DNA of 52,853 nucleotides from a virus (lineage: Duplodnaviria > Caudoviricetes). Shown one piece after another: positions 45,122 to 52,853 of this stretch. A model generated the notes under the pieces. That model was not told the DNA's origin and searched no databases. It was given only the letters and a program-made list of their open reading frames with translations. Position 1 is the stretch's first letter; each line of letters starts with the position of its first letter. The stretch covers positions 1 to 52,853 of the IMG/VR virus record IMGVR_UViG_3300032722_000027; one strand, 5' to 3'. A program made the translations under genes and the position numbers.

Positions 45122-45207
45122 GGACAAACCTCCCGCTTGAAGTGCGCGGCGCCGGCCGGCAGCATGATCAAGGCGGCATAGGGTTGGCATACCGAAAGGC
45201 ATTTCAT
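45118..45207 (-). pseudogene. Truncated ASCH-domain N-terminus (29 aa)
   Basis: MKCLSVCQPYAALIM...KR with a GAGGA RBS, then an early stop. Confidence 0.6.
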
Positions 45208-45215
45208 GGTTTTCC

Positions 45216-45395
45216 TCACAATCCGACGCGGCGGCAATATTCCACAACACACCACTCGTATTCCTCTGCTGCAAGATTGAGCCGCCGAAGTGATCTTTTG
45301 AATAATTCGTAGCAGTAGTCTTTGCGATGAGGGTTGTAAATAGCCTCATGCAGTGAAACGATCCGTAGTAAAGATGGGCAAAGCTCAGTAATCAC
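45216..45395 (-). CDS. Small hypothetical protein (59 aa, not in the ORF track)
   Basis: GTGA-coupled to dnaB; MITELCPSLLRIV...AEEYEWCVVEYCRRVGL. Confidence 0.6.
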   Translation of the reverse strand: MITELCPSLLRIVSLHEAIYNPHRKDYCYELFKRSLRRLNLAAEEYEWCVVEYCRRVGL

Positions 45396-46786
45396 GTCGC
45401 GGCCCCTTGCTCATAGAGGCTTTGTTGAGCCTCGATGGAAATGGACTCACAGAACCGAACGCAATACCCGTTGAAATGGAGATCAACCATCGCCAGTTCA
45501 CCACCGCGGTTCTTGCTGATCTGAAGGCTGGCGTGATGTTTCTTTCCCGGGTTAAACGCCTGCCATCCCGCATCATTTTTTTTCCGCACCGCCTCCCGGT
45601 CGAGCAGCATGATCACGTTGGCATCACGCTCCAGTGCGGCGCATTCCGCCAAGTCCCAGTTATGCGGCAGCCGGTCCTCTTTGGCGGATTCTCGGTTAAG
45701 CTGACAGATCGCCAAGATGGGTACGTCAACCTCTTTAGCCATCAGCTTGATGTTTCGGGAAATCTCGACCAGTTGTTCGCGGCGATTTTCCTTGCGGTTC
45801 TCCCCTTCAATCAACTGGACGTAATCGAGCATCAGGCAACTGATGCCATACCTACGTTTCCACGCCCGGGCCTTGGCGCGAATCTGCGGTATGGTCTGGC
45901 GCCCCGTGTCATCAATCAGGATCTTGGCGTCCTGAATTTCGCTTACGGCCACGTTCAGGCGGTCTTGGCATTCCGCGTTGGGGTTACCAGCCAGGATGGC
46001 ACGCCGGCCCAGCCGAGAGCGCGCCAGCACGAGCCGCTCCGTCACTTCATCGTTGGTCATTTCCATCGAGCAAATTGCTACCGGCTTGCCCTGCCCGATG
46101 GCAATGTCGGCCATGAAGTTCAAACCCAACGCGGTCTTGCCGTGGTTGGTGTGGCTCCCGATGATGATGACCTCGCCACCCCGCATGCCGCCAATGATTT
46201 CGTCAACAGATTGCAGGCCCGTCTTGACGCCAAACTTGGCTGGGTCACATTCCCCATGCAGTACCGCCAGCACTCCCGGCAAGTGTTCAGCCGCCATACG
46301 GGCGGCCGCGGTGGCGTCCTGCTCGGCCACCTTTCCCACGCGGGCCTGAATAGAATCTACAATTTCCACGGCCGGCGCTATCTGGTCGGAGGCTTCCCGC
46401 AGACCATCGTGACAAATCTGCATCACGCTTCGCAGTTGCCATTTCTCCCGCACGCTTGCCGCGTAGTGGAGCACGTTGGCTGCCGACGGAACCGACTGGA
46501 GCACTTGTCCCAGGTACTCCATTCCGCCAGCATCGTCCAGCAATTTGCGGGTTTTCAGGTCATTGTGCAATGTGACGGAATCCACCGGGATTGAATTCCC
46601 ATTCCTGCTGCAGTGCAGCCGAAGCATCGCGGAAAAAATCACCTGATGCCGCGGCTCTGAGAACATGGGAGAACTCACGGCCAACGCCACATCATCGATG
46701 CATGTGGGTTCAAGAATCATCGACCCAATGACGGAAATTTCCGCCGCCAGATCAACCGGGATTTGCGTGCTGGGGTTGTTTTCCAT
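45392..46786 (-). CDS. dnaB: Replicative DNA helicase
   Basis: AE.SVIG, TG...D...GG, GKT, SMEM, DYVQL, EISR..K.MAKE, QLNR, KNRGG. Confidence 0.93.
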   Translation of the reverse strand: MENNPSTQIPVDLAAEISVIGSMILEPTCIDDVALAVSSPMFSEPRHQVIFSAMLRLHCSRNGNSIPVDSVTLHNDLKTRKLLDDAGGMEYLGQVLQSVPSAANVLHYAASVREKWQLRSVMQICHDGLREASDQIAPAVEIVDSIQARVGKVAEQDATAAARMAAEHLPGVLAVLHGECDPAKFGVKTGLQSVDEIIGGMRGGEVIIIGSHTNHGKTALGLNFMADIAIGQGKPVAICSMEMTNDEVTERLVLARSRLGRRAILAGNPNAECQDRLNVAVSEIQDAKILIDDTGRQTIPQIRAKARAWKRRYGISCLMLDYVQLIEGENRKENRREQLVEISRNIKLMAKEVDVPILAICQLNRESAKEDRLPHNWDLAECAALERDANVIMLLDREAVRKKNDAGWQAFNPGKKHHASLQISKNRGGELAMVDLHFNGYCVRFCESISIEAQQSLYEQGAAT

Positions 46787-47711
46787 GTGCCTTCAACCAT
46801 TGCTCGTAAAGGGGGACTTCGTGGGGTAGTAACGTGACACGATCACCGGAAACTTTCATGCCGAACTTCGTCAGGGTGGTTTGTGATATGGGCGGGGCTT
46901 GCGCGTGCGTTCCGGGAATGCCCTTGACGGCCCATTCGTCCAGCGTGCTACACAGGCACGTGAAGGCATACTTCACGCCACGGAAGGGGGTTTCTTTTTT
47001 CATCAGGATTTCCACCGCGGCCGGCACCATGGCGAGTTTGGTTTGCTGGTGTTGTCCCTGGCGGATCTTTACCCCATCCCGAAGTGCGTCCAGCTTGGCC
47101 TGCATCTGGCGGTTTTCGTTTTGGTTCGGCCGCATGGGGTAGCCGCGCTGACACTCAGACCAGCGATCTACAGCGGCTATCGCGTCGCGCATTTCCCCGT
47201 CAGGTTGTTGATAATCCTGCGCATCGACGCCTGACGGGGGAAGAGTTCCTTCCGGAGCGTCGGTCTGCACCCCCTTGGGGGTAGGGGGTATATTCTCTTC
47301 TCTTCTACTCTCCTCTACTCTAGTCAAGACAGAATCGGATTGTGTCCGGACAGGTTCCGGAGTTATTCCGGACACGTCTGCCGTAATCCATCCTATCTTC
47401 GGGTCTGACAGGACTTTAATGGCTATTTCAAAAATGTCTTGTGGAAACCCCGTTGCGATGGATAGGTCCTCTGCGGTCAGTGGCCCGTGCTCGTCGGCTA
47501 GAATTCCATGAATGGGCATTTTGGCCGCTTCTTGGAGTATTAGAATCCATCCGGAGAATATCCGGACACCATCCGGATGGGCCGCGATGCGGCGGAATCC
47601 CTTACCGTCGTGCTTGGTTGGACACTTGACCCACGGTAGGGGCCCGCGCGTCTTAGCCTGGTCTGAGTGGCCAAAATGCGTCTTGATGTCCGTGATCCGA
47701 TAGGTTGTCAT
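46752..47711 (-). CDS. Replication initiator protein (lambda O-like position)
   Basis: Upstream of dnaB; PWVK N-terminus; EESRREE..PPTPKG linker; internal iterons. Confidence 0.7.
   Translation of the reverse strand: MTTYRITDIKTHFGHSDQAKTRGPLPWVKCPTKHDGKGFRRIAAHPDGVRIFSGWILILQEAAKMPIHGILADEHGPLTAEDLSIATGFPQDIFEIAIKVLSDPKIGWITADVSGITPEPVRTQSDSVLTRVEESRREENIPPTPKGVQTDAPEGTLPPSGVDAQDYQQPDGEMRDAIAAVDRWSECQRGYPMRPNQNENRQMQAKLDALRDGVKIRQGQHQQTKLAMVPAAVEILMKKETPFRGVKYAFTCLCSTLDEWAVKGIPGTHAQAPPISQTTLTKFGMKVSGDRVTLLPHEVPLYEQWLKAHGKQPQHANPG
47292..47577. other. Putative replication origin with TCCGGA iterons
   Basis: TCCGGA at 47345/47356/47367 and 47550/47561/47572 (11-bp period) next to a polypyrimidine tract at 47292-47320. 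Confidence 0.65.
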
Positions 47712-47735
47712 TTCATTCCTACCTTCCGGTGTGAT

Positions 47736-47996
47736 TTAAGCCGCACCACGAGCCGCGTGGCCCAGCGGGCAGCCAGCGAGGTGGCGTTTCTCTTTTGTCC
47801 AGCCGTGCAGCCGACACAAGTCTCGAAGCCTTGCCGAATGCGCTGTTGCGGTACCGGGCACGCCGGCCGCGGCGATTTCGTCCAGGGTCAGCCATTGGCC
47901 AGGCCGGGCGCGAAATGCCTGCGCGACACGATCGAGTTGCCGATCAAGTCTCGGCTGGTCAATCTTGGGATCAAAGATAAGTTCCGCCTGGGTCAT
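47736..47996 (-). CDS. Small winged-helix protein
   Basis: W.TLDEI......TA.SARLRDL. Confidence 0.65.
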   Translation of the reverse strand: MTQAELIFDPKIDQPRLDRQLDRVAQAFRARPGQWLTLDEIAAAGVPGTATAHSARLRDLCRLHGWTKEKRHLAGCPLGHAARGAA

Positions 47997-48916
47997 GTTG
48001 GCCCCCCGGCAAGTGGTGGGCCGTTGATGATGAGAAGTTCAGGAGATTCCTTGGCTTGGCCATGGCTGCCCATGGCAGCGCAGTGCAGATTTTTATTCAT
48101 GGTGTGGTCAAGGAATGTCCAGCCGCGGTAAAGTTCCCGGACGCGCGGGCAGTCGTAGTAGCTCACGATGATGCGGGCCTTTTTGTACATCGCCAGCATT
48201 TCGCGCAATCGCGAGTGATCATCCTTGCGGCCAAACAATCCGGCGCCGCCGTGGCTGAACTCGTGCCGGTACCGGGAATGTTCACCTTGGCTGGTTTCGT
48301 AGCCGGTGCGGCTTTCGGCAATGTATGGCGGGTCAACGTAGATCGCTGTTTCGGTGCAATCCTCGAAGCGGTCCAGAATCTGGAATGCGTCTCGGTGTAG
48401 GATCACTACATTCTTTAATCTCTCATGCCATGCCGGGATGGAGTTGGCGGCGTTGCGGAACCGAACCGTTGGACTGCCACCGTTTTTGGTCCAGCGCACT
48501 GCGATCTGGTAGACTTGGCGATCGGTGCCGGCCACGCCGTTGCGCTGCGTCCATGATGCCACGAAGTATTGATAAGCCCACTCGACTGGATCCCGAAGGG
48601 ATTTATCGTCGTCGGCCTCGAGGTAGGCACCAGCATCGCGCAGAAGTTCCTCGCAAAGCACGTAACGCTGCAGGCGGTCGTAGAGCTTTTCGGCATCATC
48701 GACACGTTGCACCACGCGGGCCAGGTTGACCAAATCGCCATGCAGATCGTTCACAGTTTCTTTCTGGCTGGGCTCTTTGGCGAACAGCACGGCCATGCTG
48801 CCGCAAAACGGTTCAAAATACTGGGTGTGGCGGCCGAGTTCCTGCACGACAAATGGCGCCAGCGTGCGCTTACCGCCAAACCATGGGCAGACGGATTTGA
48901 TGATCATCTCACTCAC
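47993..48916 (-). CDS. dam: DNA adenine methyltransferase (D12 class)
   Basis: W.GGK, YFEPFCGS, VNDL, YVDPPY. Confidence 0.9.
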   Translation of the reverse strand: MSEMIIKSVCPWFGGKRTLAPFVVQELGRHTQYFEPFCGSMAVLFAKEPSQKETVNDLHGDLVNLARVVQRVDDAEKLYDRLQRYVLCEELLRDAGAYLEADDDKSLRDPVEWAYQYFVASWTQRNGVAGTDRQVYQIAVRWTKNGGSPTVRFRNAANSIPAWHERLKNVVILHRDAFQILDRFEDCTETAIYVDPPYIAESRTGYETSQGEHSRYRHEFSHGGAGLFGRKDDHSRLREMLAMYKKARIIVSYYDCPRVRELYRGWTFLDHTMNKNLHCAAMGSHGQAKESPELLIINGPPLAGGPT

Positions 48917-48963
48917 ACCGCCCTCGCAATCTGCCTTAACAGTGTTTCCACCATAACGACCTC

Positions 48964-49006
48964 AAAAAGTCAGCCCGGCGCCCGAACAGGCGAGCCGGAT
49001 CTGGCC
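48964..49006 (-). terminator. Intrinsic terminator/attenuator upstream of dam
   Basis: CCGGCTCGCCT-GTTC-GGGCGCCGG...ACTTTTT on the minus strand. Confidence 0.55.
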
Positions 49007-49024
49007 AGTATTTTCAGAACTTAA

Positions 49025-49086
49025 TGCCACCCGTCGGCCGCGAACCGACTGGCAGGCCCGCGACACATATGCGGCCTGCGGGTGGC
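49025..49086 (-). ncRNA. D-armless tRNA-like structure
   Basis: GCCACCC/GGGTGGC 7-bp acceptor-like stem, GCAGGCC/GGCCTGC arm, GTCGG-TTCGCGG-CCGAC T-arm-like hairpin. Confidence 0.5.
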
Positions 49087-49143
49087 GAGCCCGGCGCGTC
49101 AAGTTACAACCACGCCGGGGCACTCCGCGAACGTCGCGGGGTT

Positions 49144-50694
49144 TTACTGTGTGGACTCCAGCCCGCCGGCCAGGGGCTTGGCGTCGGCAGTAGCCAGCTT
49201 CTGAACATGGGCCTCGAGGGCAGTCACGGCTTCATCGCCGTAGTCATCACCGTAGGATTTCCAATTCGCTTCGAGCTCTTCACAGTCCTTGACCAGATCA
49301 CCCTTGAGTATCAGCACTTCATCGGTGGTCAGATCCCGCGTGGCATCGTAGACCGCGCATTCCTTGTCGATGCAGTGCTTGAGTTTTGCAATTTTTTCTG
49401 TGATTGCGACCTGATCATTGATCATGCCCAACTGCCATTCGCGGTGATCGCTGCTGGTATCCTTGAGGTTCGGCGGGAAGGTGGTCTCGAAGTCCCACTT
49501 GTGCGGCGACGCGGAGGCTGGGGCTTCAGCGGCCGCGGGCGGCGCATCAGGGTTGGGCGGCAAGCGGTTCTGGTTATCGGCATAGTGCTTATCGATGGCT
49601 TGGTCGATCTTCTCGGCCTTGCCTTCGCCAATGCCCTTGATGATCGTGAAGCCCTTGACGGGGTTGGTTTCCTTGATCTTGCAGAGGTCCGCCACCGTCT
49701 TGATCTGGTCGGGCCCATGCTCGGCAATCTTTTCCTTGATGCTCTCGGGCAGGTCCAGTTTCTCGATGGGCTCATTCAGGATGGCCTGCCAGGCGTCAGC
49801 GTAGGCCTTACGGGCTTCGTCCTGCGTCAGGGGTGTGCCCGCGGGGGGCTCCGTTGTGCCCTGGCTGATGTTGGGGTCGGGCAGTTCGGCCGATGGGTTG
49901 GCTTGCGTGCTGGCTGCGGACGCCGGCGCGGGGCTGGCGGCCTGGTCGAACAGCGGTGTGGGCGTCTGGCCGCGCGAGATTAAGCCGGTCAGGTACGTGA
50001 CCTTTTCGTCGTAGGTCTTTTTCCGGCCGGCCGCAAGCGCCTTGGCGTCTTCCCATTCCTGTAGGGCCTCCAGGACCTCGGCATTGGCGGCATGGACCTG
50101 TTCCTCGAACTCCTGACGCTGCTTGAGGCGGGCGCGCAGGTCGTAGATTTCGGCCTGCACGGGGTTGATGCCGGGGATGTCCTGCGGGATCGTGGTGCTG
50201 GCCGTCGTGGTCGTGGTGTCGGCCGGCACCGCCGCGCCGATGTCACCCGCCGGCATTTCAGTGCCCGTTTGCGCATTGGAGCCGGTGATGGTTGTCGTGA
50301 CATCAAACGCGGCGGTTTCCTGCATGCCTGCCTGAGCCGGTTCAATGGCAGGCGTAAAAACGGCCGGATCGTTCAGCGCCGCGGTGGTGTCCGGAATCGC
50401 CGCCGTGCTCTCCGGCGTGGGCGCGATCAGGTTCGATTCCAGATCGGCCTGCCGGCCGATTTGCAGTTCGCGCACCAGCACAACGGCATCGCGGGCTTGC
50501 TCCAGCGTCACGGCAACACCGGCCTGAATGCCGATGCGATCGTAGGCCAACTTGCAATCGGCGGCGGGGCGGCCTTGCAGGTAGCTCATGCACTGGCTGA
50601 GCGCCATTTCATCGGCGTACTGCCGTGGGGTCTGCTCCGCGGCCTGTGCTTTGGGCCGCCCCGCCTTCCGTGGTTCTTTGAGGGTCGGTGTCAT
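49144..50694 (-). CDS. Acidic multi-domain protein with an RNAP alphaCTD/HhH-like domain
   Basis: PIEKLDLP.....I......IKTVADL...IKGIG.GKAEKI. Confidence 0.6.
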   Translation of the reverse strand: MTPTLKEPRKAGRPKAQAAEQTPRQYADEMALSQCMSYLQGRPAADCKLAYDRIGIQAGVAVTLEQARDAVVLVRELQIGRQADLESNLIAPTPESTAAIPDTTAALNDPAVFTPAIEPAQAGMQETAAFDVTTTITGSNAQTGTEMPAGDIGAAVPADTTTTTASTTIPQDIPGINPVQAEIYDLRARLKQRQEFEEQVHAANAEVLEALQEWEDAKALAAGRKKTYDEKVTYLTGLISRGQTPTPLFDQAASPAPASAASTQANPSAELPDPNISQGTTEPPAGTPLTQDEARKAYADAWQAILNEPIEKLDLPESIKEKIAEHGPDQIKTVADLCKIKETNPVKGFTIIKGIGEGKAEKIDQAIDKHYADNQNRLPPNPDAPPAAAEAPASASPHKWDFETTFPPNLKDTSSDHREWQLGMINDQVAITEKIAKLKHCIDKECAVYDATRDLTTDEVLILKGDLVKDCEELEANWKSYGDDYGDEAVTALEAHVQKLATADAKPLAGGLESTQ

Positions 50695-50751
50695 TACTCT
50701 GTTCCTTGTCTTTGGGGTTATTGATTAGCGGCCAACGTAGGCCGGCAGATT

Positions 50752-50997
50752 TCACCGAGCGCGAACGCCAAGATTCAGCAGCCGGCGCCGGGCCATGCCG
50801 TACCGCCGCTGGGCCCTGGTGCAGATCGATTCATCGTTGAAGTGCAGATCGGCCGCGTTCTTGACCTTGCGCCTGGCGTGGCGTAACAGCGCCAAGCCGT
50901 GGAGGATGAAACGGCCCTTGACCGTGGCACAGCGCATCAAGCCCGGCCGCGGGTGTGGGGTTGAACTTATCGGGGTAGTCCCTTTCCAGTTTGCTAT
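50752..50997 (-). CDS. Basic hypothetical protein (apparent ATA start)
   Basis: AAGGAAGGAACCAAA-ATA mirrors the RBS context of neighbouring ATG starts. Confidence 0.45.
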   Translation of the reverse strand: MANWKGTTPISSTPHPRPGLMRCATVKGRFILHGLALLRHARRKVKNAADLHFNDESICTRAQRRYGMARRRLLNLGVRAR

Positions 50998-51503
50998 TTT
51001 GGTTCCTTCCTTCCTTCCTTTGGGTTTGGGGTTGAGGGTGAAGCGGTTACGCCTTGGCCGGGGCCGTGCCACCCAGGCTTGAATCCGATAAATTCCTTGA
51101 CACGGTTCAAGACGTGATCGGTTTGGCCGTCGAGCCGGATAGCATCCAACAGGTCACGAATCGTGTCCGAAAGTTCCGTCTCGGCCGCGTTAAACTTGGC
51201 CTCAATGTCCTCGCGGTTGGACATCGCACGGGCAACGGCCGGGTAGTTGATGGCGTCAACGTTGATGGCATAGTTTTGATCTTTGTGCTCAAAATTGATC
51301 GCCAACTCTTTTCCAATCGAAGCGCCCAACGAATGCAATGCTGCACAGATTTTCTTGCGGACCAGCACGCGGGCGGTGATAACCGCTCCCGAGACTGCGG
51401 AATCCGCCGCGCGGCGTTCCTTGGTTCGCTGCTCACGGAGCTTTGCCCGGCGCTCCAATGCCGTGCGTTCGATCATCTTTTCCATGTCACGTTTGCTGGC
51501 CAT
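50994..51503 (-). CDS. Hypothetical protein
   Basis: AAGGAAACCCAA-ATG RBS. Confidence 0.7.
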   Translation of the reverse strand: MASKRDMEKMIERTALERRAKLREQRTKERRAADSAVSGAVITARVLVRKKICAALHSLGASIGKELAINFEHKDQNYAINVDAINYPAVARAMSNREDIEAKFNAAETELSDTIRDLLDAIRLDGQTDHVLNRVKEFIGFKPGWHGPGQGVTASPSTPNPKEGRKEPK

Positions 51504-51517
51504 TTGGGTTTCCTTAT

Positions 51518-51704
51518 TCAAAGTTCCTGAATGCCGGACTTTCCGCCCCGGCAGGTCGCGCAAAGGCCGGTGTAATGGCGACAATCGCGACCGCACCGCG
51601 AGCAGCAGACCACCTGATGTTTCGGGTTCGGAAAGCGCACGGGATTGTCGAATCGAGCGTCGTAGCTGAATGGTTGTTTCGCTTTTTTTGGTTCGCGTTT
51701 CCAT
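51518..51704 (-). pseudogene. Zinc-finger ORF frameshifted at an A7 tract
   Basis: Removing one A gives METRTKKAKQPF...CSRCG...LCATCR...EL-stop. Confidence 0.45.
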
Positions 51705-51721
51705 CTTGCCCAGCCTGTCTA

Positions 51722-51910
51722 TTAGCCAGCGGTAGAAGGGACTTGCTCTTTTGCCTTGTGGCTTGATTTCAGCAGCTTGCGGATTTTCCGAATCGCTTCG
51801 GCGGGCGTGGTTCCGTATACCGTCAGAGACACACTGCCGTCCGATGGATCATCCGTGCGGGCCACGATTCGCACGGCATTTAAATTGATGTGTGGCTTTT
51901 CCAGATTCAT
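51722..51910 (-). CDS. Hypothetical protein, first gene of the left operon
   Basis: AAAGGAG RBS just after the promoter. Confidence 0.7.
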   Translation of the reverse strand: MNLEKPHINLNAVRIVARTDDPSDGSVSLTVYGTTPAEAIRKIRKLLKSSHKAKEQVPSTAG

Positions 51911-51932
51911 GGTTTGCTCCTTTGTTTTCGGG

Positions 51933-52035
51933 ATGCTATCATGATCGGATATTTTTGTCAACCGGCAACATCCAAAATAATTCTGCAAAATATATTTGCA
52001 GAACGCTTGACACAAAAACCGATATGGTTTATGTT
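51933..52035. promoter_or_regulatory. Divergent early promoters with a central palindrome
   Basis: Left TTGACA-17-TAGCAT (51961 to 51933); right TTGACA-17-TATGTT (52007 to 52035); TTCTGCAAA-N5-TTTGCAGAA at 51981-52003. Confidence 0.75.
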
Positions 52036-52078
52036 GAGCAAATCACGCACGCAAAGACCCATCGGAAAGGAACCGCAA

Positions 52079-52399
52079 ATGGCCACGTATGACACGTTCA
52101 CTGACCTGATCCGGAATGGCGACGAAATAGAACACGACATCAGGGTTTCGTATGAGTACACCCCGGCCGAACCTGCAAGCTGCTTCTGCCCCGACACGGA
52201 CGCCACGGTCGAAATCGAGTCAGTCCAGATCCTCAGCGGCAAGTGGCCGGCGCCTGCGGACATTTCGGACGAACTAACCCCGGCCCAGATCGAGACGCTG
52301 AAGGAACGCATCATGGAGCACGAGCAAGAGAACGCCGCCGATACCGAGGATCGGGATTTTGACGCCCGCCGTGAGTTCTTCTCGACGCGCGGCTGCTGA
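52079..52399 (+). CDS. Acidic hypothetical protein
   Basis: AAAGGAA RBS; very Asp/Glu-rich. Confidence 0.75.
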   Translation: MATYDTFTDLIRNGDEIEHDIRVSYEYTPAEPASCFCPDTDATVEIESVQILSGKWPAPADISDELTPAQIETLKERIMEHEQENAADTEDRDFDARREFFSTRGC

Positions 52400-52445
52400 G
52401 CTGACTCGGCGCGTTGCCGATCGAACCATATTTAAGGAGCCAAAA

Positions 52446-52853
52446 ATGAAAATTGAAATCAAGAATCGCTGGTCCGGCTCGGTAATTTTCTCGGCAGAAG
52501 CCGATGGAATGAAAGCGGTGATCAGTCTAGCGATTGATGCCCGCGCGAACCTGACCGGCGCGAACCTGACCGACGCGGACCTGACCGGCGCGAACCTGAC
52601 CGACGCGAACCTGACCGACGCGGACCTGACCGACGCGGACCTGACCGGCGCGAACCTGACCGACGCGAACCTGACCGACGCGGACCTGACCGACGCGGAC
52701 CTGACCGACGCGAACCTGACCGGCGCGGACCTGACCGACGCGGACCTGACCGACGCGGACCTGACCGACGCGAACCTGACCGGCGCGGACCTGACCGACG
52801 CGGACCTGACCGACGCGGACCTGACCGGCGCGAACCTGACCGGCGCGGACCTG
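52446..52853 (+). CDS. Pentapeptide-repeat protein, 3'-partial (not in the ORF track)
   Basis: AAGGAG RBS; [15 protein letters not shown] followed by A(N/D)LT(G/D) repeats to the window end. Confidence 0.9.
   Translation, partial: MKIEIKNRWSGSVIFSAEADGMKAVISLAIDARANLTGANLTDADLTGANLTDANLTDADLTDADLTGANLTDANLTDADLTDADLTDANLTGADLTDADLTDADLTDANLTGADLTDADLTDADLTGANLTGADL
52544..52853 (+). repeat. 15-bp tandem repeats GCG(A/G)ACCTGACCG(G/A)C
   Basis: About 20 units visible. Confidence 0.95.

Larger units (their letters stand above)
1..52853. mobile_element. Tailed dsDNA bacteriophage/prophage genome, near complete
   Basis: Terminase, portal, protease, capsid, neck, tail, replication, recombination and lysis-type modules are present; no host housekeeping genes seen. 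Confidence 0.95.

Noticed and set aside
45122-45349. N-terminal extension of endonuclease VII in the ORF track
   Set aside because: Better explained by two small ORFs in other frames (45216..45395 and the ASCH remnant)
45407-46594. 395-aa plus-strand ORF
   Set aside because: Antisense shadow of dnaB
49024-49983. 319-aa plus-strand ORF
   Set aside because: Antisense to the 516-aa gene; no RBS or motif
52544-52853. Non-coding satellite or CRISPR-like array
   Set aside because: In-frame pentapeptide coding repeat with RBS and ATG at 52446
1-52853. Genome-wide TAG recoding
   Set aside because: Long conserved genes are intact in the standard code, TAG ends genes at sensible places (2885, 24764), and no suppressor tRNA was seen

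Overview
This window looks like a near-complete genome of a GC-rich tailed dsDNA phage or prophage, probably siphovirus-like because no sheath or baseplate genes are recognisable. Both ends break inside perfect coding repeats (63-bp repeats on the left, 15-bp pentapeptide repeats on the right), so the ends probably join through a short missing segment. Divergent sigma70-like promoters at about 51.9-52.0 kb drive two operons. The rightward early operon (52.1 kb to the end, continuing at 1-9.2 kb) carries a pentapeptide protein, YqaJ exonuclease, a putative annealase, an SMC/Rad50-like ATPase and RusA. The leftward operon carries an alphaCTD-like protein, Dam, an initiator with iterons, DnaB, endonuclease VII and DUF5131. 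A leftward late block (42.1 to 35.5 kb) holds holin- and spanin-like genes, a clear Tad1 anti-defence homologue and fibre-like proteins. An oppositely oriented accessory cassette (31.7-35.4 kb) holds DUF932 and an orphan clamp-loader-like ATPase. Next come terS, a serine-recombinase cassette, terL, a portal-MuF fusion, protease/scaffold, decoration, capsid, neck and tail genes. The structural operon ends in Ser/Gln/His-rich proteins and a 1004-aa multi-domain glycosyltransferase. Highlights: (1) two non-coding tRNA-mimic structures, one in each early operon, each preceded by the same CCCCGGCGTG-N6-ACTTG hairpin; (2) a candidate virion-glycosylation module; (3) Tad1 inside a lysis cassette with no recognisable endolysin; (4) an accessory cassette built from repeated hairpin plus GGGAATAGA units. 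All family calls are by-eye motif recognition; no database searches were run.
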